IMG/VR virus record: IMGVR_UViG_3300021138_000017
Span: 1 to 64,000 of that record
Source: a virus
Length of the DNA stretch: 64,000 nt
Direction: 5' to 3' (one strand)
The notes under the pieces were generated by a model. The model saw only the letters and a program-made list of their open reading frames with translations, did not search any database and was not told the DNA's origin. Made by a program: the position numbers and the translations under genes. Position 1 is the stretch's first letter. Each line of letters starts with the position of its first letter. Below, piece after piece: positions 58,601 through 64,000 of this stretch.

Positions 58601-61350
58601 GGTGGCACATTCAAACTTGTTTCCACAACAACATCTAGTTGAAGAGGCAAAGTATTATATGTAAATTGGAATTGTTGCCTTGGTAGACTTGGTATTGCGG
58701 CTGTTTGCCAACCAATTTCTAAAACAAAATCAGTTCTGTTAGCGTATTGTCTTACAAATCCACTGCTTACATCAACAGTTATACCAACACCCGATGGTGT
58801 ATATATAAAAGTGTCAGTATACAAATTGTTATCAAATAATATATCACCTATATTGTCAAGACTAAAAAATGATAAGGGAATACCTAATACAGCGTCAACT
58901 GGGTTATCAGGATTTTCTGCGTAACTTAATAATTTACAGCCTACAAAATTAGAGCTGGGATATTGACTAGTGTCACCAAAACTATAACCACTACTATTAA
59001 ACACGTCAAACAATGGAGGTTGATTAACTTGGGTTTTTTGTTGTGTTTCGTACCAGTTTGTGCTGTCATAATAAAAACTAACACCGGTTAATGTATTGCC
59101 ATTTAAACATACAGTTGTTTGATTTGCTAATACTGGGCTATAAGATACAGGAACTAAATTTATAACAGGTGTTGTTGATATTTCAGGAGCCGGAATAACA
59201 AAGTTTACTTGATAAATTTGATTTCTAACATTAGGATTACTGTCAACAGCAAATATTATTAAACTACCTTGTGCTAATTGATATCCATCGGTTCCATAAC
59301 CAGTTTGTCCATTTACATTAAGTAAAGCATCTGTTTGCGTTAAATCTATGATATTTACCGAAGGCACACCTTGCGTACCAAAATTATAAAGTTTCAACCC
59401 AGAACGGAATTCTAAAATAGGTCTATTAGCTCTGGCTACATCTATAAAAACCGGTTGTGATTTATTATATGCCGCCGATGCCGCAATAACATCTTTATGA
59501 AACCATCTATTGCTACGAGTCCATGGATTTAGATCCGGACTAGCCATACTGATTGTCATATAATCAGGCACTAATGGCTGATGAATGTTGGCATCATAGG
59601 CTGTGTAACCGTATGGGAACTTATCATAAGGAATAGATACTTGTCCTAAATAAGTTTCAGGAGTAATAAAATCACTTACAGGTATAAGTGTAATACTACT
59701 TCCTACCCCGTAGACGTAGTAACTTTTTCCCTGATAAGATGAAGGAAATACTGTTCCTTGAAATGTAACATTGAGGCCATTTGTAAATACTACCCCGTTT
59801 GGACTTGTGTAATTTTTATGACCTAAAATTTCTTCTTCTATATTAATGGAAGCAGTAGTATCTTCTTGAATCAAATTTATAACACCAAAAAATGTTGGGT
59901 CAACACTGTCTTGATAGTATACAAAAGGCAACGCAGAAGTCAATAAAGGTATTTGTTCAAAAAGCCCACTAGAATTTCTATACCATTGAGTATTGGCATA
60001 CTCTAAACCAAAATTAATTGTAAACTGTTCAGTTGATTCTGCTACAGCTTGAACAAAATTTAATTTTATTGTGTTTACTACATATTGAATTTGCCAAATT
60101 CCTGTTTGAACAGTAGTATCATTATTAGTGAATATTATAGTACGACCGTTGAGATTTGTTATACCATCAATACCGTTTGGATATGCTGTCAAGAAAACCG
60201 ATATAGGTACATTATTAATTTGATTGAAAGATAAAGTCGATGGTGCTACTAAGTTTACTGTACCAATGCTGGTCATTGAGTAGTAAAAATTTTGAGCATC
60301 AGCGGCAGGAACATCAAAAGTAACAGTTCCTAAATCAGTACCATTATTACTAACTCCTAAAACTGTGCGAGATGATATATTAGGCGAATAACTTAAAACT
60401 CCGTCGATACCTGGTTCCGTTTGTATCCAAAATTCGGGTCCTGTTCCAGTAGTAGCATCTACAATATTTAATTGACCTCGGAAATTAAATTCCACATCAT
60501 TACAATAATATAAAGTATCAGGAGCATCTTGTGGTACTGTAAATGTAACAGTACCTCTTGTAGCCCCGGAATTTGTAACTCCTTCTAACCATAAATTTGT
60601 AGTACCAAAACTTAGTTCTGTTTTTATATAAAATGCCAGGGATAAATTTTGAACTAGGTTCCAAGTATATGTATTACCGCGAACTAAGGTTAATGTAGGG
60701 TTCAATTCTTGCTCTATTGACCAGCCGCTTGTTCCACTGTTTGTCACACGATAGTTAACGGCTTCTGGAGTATTTTGAGCTACAACAAATTGATAAGCTC
60801 CTGTGCGAGCTAATGATAATGTAGGATTAACTCCATTATATCCACTGAATGTATATCCTGAACTGGTTCTAGAAACTGTAAATGTTTGTGTAGTTGGTAT
60901 AGTTGTTGCGGCAACTGTTACTGTTTGTGGTCCTTGAGGAACCCAATAATACTGAGAATAATTATTGATTTTATCAAAATCTACAAAAGGATCCCAACTA
61001 TAATATTCACTTTCAAATAGTCTGTCTGCTTGATTAGTTATACCACCCTGTGTGTTAATAGCATCAAGTATGCCAGGGTATGTTATAGCATCAGTAATTT
61101 TTGCTGTTACTGGGTCTACAGATATAACACCTGGTTCAAGTTGATAATTTCTACGACTTGCTGTAGGTTCTATAACATAATAATCGTTTGGATTTACACC
61201 TGGACCAACTTTTTGGCCTATATAACCTTGTGTTTGTTTATATTGCGGTTCTTGAGTTAGTTGGTCTATAGTCGCATTTAAAAACTGTTTATTAACAGGC
61301 GTTTGAAATATTTCAGGTAATAGATTAACGGTACGAACTGAATTAACCAT
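46621..61350 (-). CDS. giant (4909 aa) virion structural protein, baseplate/tail
   Basis: Uninterrupted ORF, Thr/Asn/Ser-rich, NGGSGY repeats, FG-GAP-like VGAP propeller repeats, coupled to the wedge gene. Confidence 0.8.
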   Translation of the reverse strand: MVNSVRTVNLLPEIFQTPVNKQFLNATIDQLTQEPQYKQTQGYIGQKVGPGVNPNDYYVIEPTASRRNYQLEPGVISVDPVTAKITDAITYPGILDAINTQGGITNQADRLFESEYYSWDPFVDFDKINNYSQYYWVPQGPQTVTVAATTIPTTQTFTVSRTSSGYTFSGYNGVNPTLSLARTGAYQFVVAQNTPEAVNYRVTNSGTSGWSIEQELNPTLTLVRGNTYTWNLVQNLSLAFYIKTELSFGTTNLWLEGVTNSGATRGTVTFTVPQDAPDTLYYCNDVEFNFRGQLNIVDATTGTGPEFWIQTEPGIDGVLSYSPNISSRTVLGVSNNGTDLGTVTFDVPAADAQNFYYSMTSIGTVNLVAPSTLSFNQINNVPISVFLTAYPNGIDGITNLNGRTIIFTNNDTTVQTGIWQIQYVVNTIKLNFVQAVAESTEQFTINFGLEYANTQWYRNSSGLFEQIPLLTSALPFVYYQDSVDPTFFGVINLIQEDTTASINIEEEILGHKNYTSPNGVVFTNGLNVTFQGTVFPSSYQGKSYYVYGVGSSITLIPVSDFITPETYLGQVSIPYDKFPYGYTAYDANIHQPLVPDYMTISMASPDLNPWTRSNRWFHKDVIAASAAYNKSQPVFIDVARANRPILEFRSGLKLYNFGTQGVPSVNIIDLTQTDALLNVNGQTGYGTDGYQLAQGSLIIFAVDSNPNVRNQIYQVNFVIPAPEISTTPVINLVPVSYSPVLANQTTVCLNGNTLTGVSFYYDSTNWYETQQKTQVNQPPLFDVFNSSGYSFGDTSQYPSSNFVGCKLLSYAENPDNPVDAVLGIPLSFFSLDNIGDILFDNNLYTDTFIYTPSGVGITVDVSSGFVRQYANRTDFVLEIGWQTAAIPSLPRQQFQFTYNTLPLQLDVVVETSLNVPPLQIFINNVYQLPSTYTYITDTAVNTTTITLNGTGYVVGDVIEVLAYSQQVSNQGFYQIPINLENNPFNGNSKQFTLGTIRQQYSTICENLVDFTGVINGPNNSRDLGNIVPYGQQILQQSSPLTLAGYFLRSLNYNVFAAIEFNSREYVKYKNKLLNAVTQLDIGVGQSVSSILDTAITYITKNNNSNSPFYWSDMLPVGSNYTSNSTTVNPITRQTFNTIQTYNFTSGNYLGLLVYVNGVLLLRGSQYTVSTDAPKLTILIPLNVGDVVTINEYPTTVASWCPNTPSKMGLYPKYTPSLYLDYTYSEPTLVIQGHDGSKTIAFGDIRDEVLIEFEKRIYDNIKVDDNPIPLSTDSVDPTFYPEQTTALLPGFFRTTPYTYAEINQIMSESFLSWVGQNRVNYTEQDYIASNPFTWNYSQSANRINQQQLLQGNWRGLYLYFYDTETPNTTPWEMLGFSEEPAWWTLRYGPAPYTSGNTVLWDDLEAGLVANPAGPYILPEYARPGLTKIIPSGTEGELLPPNESIVGLTDPLSYQKSWIAGDGGPAQASWWNSSSYPFAIMRMLALTKPAQFFSLFADRDLYRYDTTLGQYLYNKRYRLNASGVEIYGNGTSKASYINWIVDYNQQTGVNSTTDLTNALSNLDVRLCYRMASFSDPMYIQIFTERAGPESTNNNLEITPSSYNVLFYKNQPFNSITYSSVIVEIAQLGSGGIGYTVYGYSNIQPYFNVQISNPVGLYKTITAGDQTVQVPSQYTQNVKQIPYGYTFTNTAGVCDFLLGYGTYLESQGLTFANIENGYTLNWFQMATEFLNFATQNWTVGTIINLNPCATSITSTQPISIVDTIASVTPENMLLDQNFKVLDVRTMIVNRDNNTFTLTTTNNQTINYLTLQYTNYEDMIVLNNTSQFNDLIYDPITAARQIRLKLTAATTTQWDGQLNAQGFILNLNNIEQWNSYTKYTKGVIVLYKNTYWQALVISEPQKTFNYSEWVKSDYQAIDNGLLPNLANKANQLANAYNVYEANLTSDNNLFAFGLIGFRPRQYMTNMNLNGVSQVQLYQQFIGTKGTLQAAEIFNAANLGKESGQYKIYENWAILSGTYGAQANRSFFEIQLNQALLNYNPSTIQVINPGEASQANQTLYLNNLWKESYAITSTNILPTTYENSSLPSALPSAGYVCLDDIDITVFDIANPTSIDTNLSTIGIGTYIWIAKVNSYDWGVYRVNDIFGQMTRLSDNLNGTSTAQFNQPHGLAVSDLIIIKYFNSGVDGVYRILGVPSPTTFTISFTFTNTNVTFVTGTGLIFHLQNARVSQASDISTLPYVNSLVPGSKAWVDNDGNGHWETLEKQSPFVTNSTISQDLRSSAQYATSVAQAYNNVGLLVGAPNLNTNQGGVYCYFHNSTTDYEYSNLLKLTATATQTFGNFVSFGSAIWAVVGAKNSNSGAGYAAVVYRNPNTAQYSITQLLVAPDLDFSSINFGTAGTISADERWMYISAPAKNIVYAYERIDVETQSVTYTSDGFTSTFNYSNSLQINGSTHPGQLTVTFNDSYTAILNIDYTVSATSVIFTNPPSANQIIKITRNQQAQLDDYNYYDIQQSSTSGFGVGAIFTVNVVRGLYSITIINGGLGYEIGDTIVINGNLVGGATPANNITLTVTNTVNSILTGFTISGTGNYSNTSFALNSLLYNATNYYNFSVTVNGQLQRPYLDYTFNSATTVLTFASGSVPALGAKIIVITDTYWQYVTYISSNQSLNGDNFGISVSTTTDGRQIMVGAPNASVNDLTEAGVVYIFDRSVIRYIVSNTSQMTYTVPGNVTYPLAVSVNNIFLLTTAQSYSGQYSVNGNTVTFTNIEFTVGDIIEIETNQIQQIQQLTSSTANEVAMYGSVTAACPLNCSVYVGAPFDSTYVVQAGSVDHQVNQSRVYGTTTSTFANPILIPGGTLRINNSIVTVPASPNNTVTGFAAAINASNVPNIFASATPDLQFSCDGSTSVFYIGNLYETANNYTTVVYVNAIIQGSADYSYDPSTKSIYFVTPPAAGNTVTVVSGRLTIGVLNSAAATAGNLLTVLPGVVNSVFDLLEFETFIFTQQILSPLPVVYGQFGASLSIDSSAVNLIVGSPNGNVYEPTTFDSGKTYFDEHSTTFFNPIINGGVAYTYDYFPSSNNSPSNPGQFAFGQQIYNSNVQTGDAFGTSSSYVTGKLVVGATGGPITNTANYGYIVVFDNPTNSPAWKAIRTQQPVVDVYSINSVFAYNGNQEIGVNSTINGATQTYFDFFDPLQGKILGLARQNINYIGAVDPAQYNTGSVHNNGNYWGPEHLGEMWWDTNTVRFIDPNQDDIVYASRRWGQTFPGSSVDVYQWIESTSPPVSYTGQGTVLSTISYSISSQLGKNNIFTTLYYYWVKGITTIQQGAGKTLSANGVASYIYDPRSSGLPYIAGLNSSTIAIYNAKNILSSNNTILSIGFDQQLNDAIIHQEYQIIKDGISDSFLNTQLYRKFQDSLCGVDRIGNLVPDPLLSPGMKYGVEFRPRQSMFADRFLALKNYLTRANTILAQYPISETRSFTLLDSSEPLPPQIITITAGSFVIGKTYTISTLGNTNFTTIGAANNTIGLSFVATGVGSGTGTANTLFWNFEVPNLEVLGYQNLSLVPVGYRYLVDNDSTQSGRWTIYEVESDLQLSLVQIQHYNTPEYWYYINWYLPGYNYTQAPVAAVQNYGQLGSLSYSTAPVGSSVRVINNGAGKYEIWLRTGVDPVNDWQRVGLEDGTIQFAEDLWNYTVGNFGFDSQVFDSQYFDETPQTETRYIIQALNEQIYINDLLYERNSSLILMFNYVYSEFTDPSWLIKTSYVDVDHTIRNLLPYQTYLPDNQEFVIDYFQEVKPYHVQVKQFNLIYDGKDTFGGDLTDFDLPAIWNSTLQVPQFVSPVINYNMSGLPYTIAQTTHYSTVSDAAPNAQLWLEPSTYSQWYNNFLLSIDGVIIENGGSGYTTQPTVTFSSPMSGGILATGYALINSNGQVTQVVMTNVGSGYINTATITFSGGNGTGAIAYPIMNNSLVRSFRVIVKYDRYEYNTSIVEWMPGGTYTEGTQVRYKNIVYQANINITNTTFVTTATLTTGSNRIFVTDASGIIVGQIVDGPGIANNTTVLNISGNTITLSALVLNTSPSLQYTLYFYQQFIPSDWTLVKAKTLSGVNRTMGYYVSTPSTPGLSLPLLIDGIDYPGVQVSGLSFNQDTGFDRGNFDFNPWDNLSIDANGQPTYDLGILDTIFASSYLDPYLGTRPSDININGGAYVDTYESHAPEELVPGIEFDTMDFRVYTTPGADWAGVGHGFPLATYNSIYRSSNPTIRFGGLEPYPVLIEVVDYTQGYNLLVGVDYTVNWTIQTVIINTSSSRVVQGDQIGVNVYELGGGNQLYKQTYTGSAIVNPIIVPVQYALIQEFAIFVNGAYLNNTEYTYTSGTTYGTTAITFNNAYTSTDFISLVAIGPTTINNTTVHYSWSVPIVQTISSTNGVYTYNLDPTISLQYTNPVNAVVTLAGNQLVVAGGISYIGDGVTTTFEVAQRLGFDQSTIVDSDVLVYFNDIPQVSGYTVNPQTLGTTVTFASAPLLGTRIYIAVTTGSQAVIDPLNHQITFRNVTISAGETITITTWHDTREQRLETQVFVGPITEGVTISEGFDDTEFDQGNITGEPGSYSYSIGTTITSNNLDLGRLITNVDRLRVSLNGQILMPIVDYTVSGTMLILPNTLQSTDVVIITSVTDSIVPEAMEFRIFQDMRGVQATYRMTPQTTTSLTASVSATADIIYVNNASALTIPNFSANIWGVVTINGERIMYREIDTNANTISSLLRGTAGTAAASHSNGSIVYDMGRGNLLPKEFQDYVVSNNFVGDGTTTTYIATNINIETIIQGFDTVLFDEGPINLEPFTYDYSYVDPLESVEVYVGGIKQIGNYTITTLTPVTVVFTTAPANGSEVTILVKRGVTWYNQGFYSASDGVPLQETNTPPARFLRGLT

Positions 61351-64000
61351 TAGTAAACTCCATTATTAGAAGATTGTTGTAAGTTAGTACTGGTTAATGT
61401 ATTAATTACTTCAATATCATTTACCGTTGCGCCGTTAACAAATATTTGATTAGGAGCACATTGAACTTCGTACAAATCTCCAAATGTCTGTTGACTATTA
61501 AGTGGTACTAATACTACAGATGCTATGTAAGTTCCAATCTGTGCGTGTATATAAGCAGCCAATTCACTAAAATAAAAAGTTTGACCAAATGTCCAATTAG
61601 CAATATCAAAATAAGCATTCATTGTAGAAAGTGTTAAATTTCTTAATTGGTTATTACTAGCATTAGTATTTGCCGCAGGAATAATTTTAATTATAGCGCG
61701 AAGTGCTTGGTCTGCTTTGTTACCAAATAAAGGAACAAATTGAACACTATTAAGAATCATATTGTCACTGATCATTTTATAATTTTGTAATCCCGCATAC
61801 TGTGTTGTTAACTCTTCAATGGTTGGCGGTAATGGGTTTGTTACTGTATTTGTAGTATCTTGTATCCAAGCAGTATAAGCTGTATAATATTCCAATGTTA
61901 CAATATACAAATCAATAATATTTGTACTACCTGGATCAATTAAATTAGTAAGAGCGCTATTGTGCCTGTATTGGAAATATAAATTTTGTCTACCAACCTG
62001 TGCTATCCAACCTGTAACAGCAGTTAACACTCTGGAATCCTGTAAAGTCAAAGTCAATTGATAAAAAATATTTTCTTGATAAGCATAGAATATTTGTCCG
62101 GTTACATATTGCTGTTTTACCGCTTCAATAGAATTTAGTGTTGGGTATATTCCAACAACAACACCTTCTGGTTGAAGCAAATATCTTTGTAAATTGTCAA
62201 AATCAGTAGTAAGTTGGAAATATACATAAGGTTGTGGTGTCACAGTACTATTGGGAGATACTCCTACTATTTCTTGGAAAAAATCTGGATCAGTTGGGAT
62301 ACCATTATTATTATAATCTTGATATCCAACTAATACTTGATAGTCATCTACTAATCCATCACTTAATACTGGTTGTCCAATAATTTTTAGTTTAATATCT
62401 GACAGCAACGGAGAATTGTTATAAGGTTGACTGTTTGTTTTTAATACTTTTATGTAGTCATTGATAACTGTACCACTACGGCTATCATATATTGCTTGAT
62501 TAGTTTCAAAGAAAAAACGAACTTCTATAACACTACCAAAATAATAGTCAAGACTGCGAGATGATATTGTATACTGACTTCCATCATACGTGGCTTGTAT
62601 CAACCAACTGGCATCAAGATTAGCACCTGATGTATTACCTGCGTATGTTTGACTCCAAGTAGAATTAATGCTTAAATTAGAAGCGGTAATTACATACCAA
62701 GTATAAGGAGTTCCAGTAATATTACCAGTTGGATCATATCCCAAACCAAAGTTAGCATTTAATACTATTTGATTTAGAATAGTTTGCTGGATAGTTGTAC
62801 TAAAAGTGTTTACAAACAAAGGAATAACTTCAACAGCTATCGCTTCTGTAGGAACGTAAGTGTTTAATACTATAGGACCAACTCCACTAGTTAAATTTCC
62901 TAATCCTTGATTTGTACCATCTCCAACAATAGCTGTTGGACTAGCCCAAATAATTAAATGGTCTTCATCTTTAATAGGAACACCTAGTTGTAATTCATTG
63001 TTAACATCAAAATAATATCCAGTAGGAGGAACAAATTTTATTAAACAATTTTCTACAATAAATCTAGCATTATTACTGGCAGCTATTCCTACTGGAACAG
63101 GTTGCCCATTACTATTCATAAAATAACCTGTTGTTTCATTTACAATAGTGGTACTTTCTTGCCAAATATAATTGATAGCGGCTAAATTTACTCTGGGGAA
63201 ATAAGAGTAATAAAATTGTTTTAGTGTTTCTGTAACTAAAATAGGTTGTATTTGATTAATAATAAGATTATTAATTTCGTTTGTAGTTTGCCAAGTGAAT
63301 GTAAAGGCTGGCAAAGTATTTGTATACCACAAAGCTCCGTCACTTCCAAACACATTAGTAGATGAGTACTTTCCAGTTGGATCTACTAAGTCCAAATAAC
63401 GACTTGTGCCAATTGAACTGCGATTTAATGCTGAACTTTTAATAATAGAGTTATAAGTTGTAAACGGAAAATTAGTGTAGTCTTCGCCATTAACCATGCG
63501 ATTTTGTGTATAGTATCTAGCAGGAGCACGTTCTTTAATTTGTTGTATAGTTTCACGAGGAGCTGCATTAGTTACAGGATTTGTAAGTCCACAAGTAAAA
63601 GTAATAGTTTCTATTCCACCAGTGCGACTAACATAAGAAATAGGAATTTGTATAGACTGCATTTCTTCGGGATTAATTATATACTGTAATCCGTTAGAAG
63701 CACGAACATAAGTTCTAAATTGACCTACAGGAATAGCTGAAAATACGTTATCGCCAAATACTAAAGTAATTTGATCATTTGTTCGACTAGTTACAGAAAA
63801 TACAGTGCGTAAATTTGGTGTCATTTGTTCAACGGCTGCGGCATAAACTGAGGGAACCATAGACCATTCTTGAGTTATAGTGCCAACATTATCCAACTGA
63901 TATAACCAAATATCTGTATTATTAATTCCTTCTATGTTGATATTAACTGTACGATTAGCTACTTGATCTACTAAATTAAAATCCTGATTTTGTAATGTAC
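61350..64000 (-). CDS. baseplate wedge subunit (T4 gp6-like), 5' end outside window
   Basis: Frame open to 64000; ET..IK..AP..Y..QNRMVNGEDY gp6-type motif; FGQTFYFSEL. Confidence 0.8.
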   Translation of the reverse strand, partial: TLQNQDFNLVDQVANRTVNINIEGINNTDIWLYQLDNVGTITQEWSMVPSVYAAAVEQMTPNLRTVFSVTSRTNDQITLVFGDNVFSAIPVGQFRTYVRASNGLQYIINPEEMQSIQIPISYVSRTGGIETITFTCGLTNPVTNAAPRETIQQIKERAPARYYTQNRMVNGEDYTNFPFTTYNSIIKSSALNRSSIGTSRYLDLVDPTGKYSSTNVFGSDGALWYTNTLPAFTFTWQTTNEINNLIINQIQPILVTETLKQFYYSYFPRVNLAAINYIWQESTTIVNETTGYFMNSNGQPVPVGIAASNNARFIVENCLIKFVPPTGYYFDVNNELQLGVPIKDEDHLIIWASPTAIVGDGTNQGLGNLTSGVGPIVLNTYVPTEAIAVEVIPLFVNTFSTTIQQTILNQIVLNANFGLGYDPTGNITGTPYTWYVITASNLSINSTWSQTYAGNTSGANLDASWLIQATYDGSQYTISSRSLDYYFGSVIEVRFFFETNQAIYDSRSGTVINDYIKVLKTNSQPYNNSPLLSDIKLKIIGQPVLSDGLVDDYQVLVGYQDYNNNGIPTDPDFFQEIVGVSPNSTVTPQPYVYFQLTTDFDNLQRYLLQPEGVVVGIYPTLNSIEAVKQQYVTGQIFYAYQENIFYQLTLTLQDSRVLTAVTGWIAQVGRQNLYFQYRHNSALTNLIDPGSTNIIDLYIVTLEYYTAYTAWIQDTTNTVTNPLPPTIEELTTQYAGLQNYKMISDNMILNSVQFVPLFGNKADQALRAIIKIIPAANTNASNNQLRNLTLSTMNAYFDIANWTFGQTFYFSELAAYIHAQIGTYIASVVLVPLNSQQTFGDLYEVQCAPNQIFVNGATVNDIEVINTLTSTNLQQSSNNGVY

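Noticed and set aside
1-64000. CRISPR array, introns/inteins, stop-codon reassignment
   Set aside because: No regularly spaced repeats seen; ThyX and the other enzymes are uninterrupted; standard code gives dense ORFs ending in TAA, TGA and TAG; no suppressor tRNA

Overview
AT-rich 64-kb segment of a large tailed dsDNA phage (jumbo/T4-like myovirus). The host is probably a Gram-negative proteobacterium; this is inferred from an outer-membrane beta-barrel, a Bug/TctC protein, sigma70 promoters and a permuted tmRNA. Positions ~0.7-34.3 kb are mostly + strand. They carry host-takeover and nucleotide genes (MazG-like, ThyX, metallophosphoesterase, RNAP omega homolog), a two-piece tmRNA, tRNA-Ser(ACU) and tRNA-Asn(GUU), and a MoxR/vWA pair separated by an array of small paralogues. 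They also carry a ~14-kb biosynthetic-cluster-like enzyme island: Bug/TctC, 4 PP-loop ligases, diverged PurD-like ATP-grasp, Rieske oxygenase, desaturase, 2 GNATs, 2 Fe/2OG oxygenases, 2 radical SAM enzymes and a methyltransferase. Positions 34.3-64 kb are - strand: glycosyltransferases and virion genes, including a Cys-studded poly-Gly multi-adhesin fibre, a 4909-aa structural protein and a gp6-like baseplate wedge. Two promoter classes (TTGACT-N17-TATAAT and TAAATA) often sit 5-8 nt before start codons, suggesting widespread leaderless mRNAs. All calls come from motif recognition by eye; no database searches were run.
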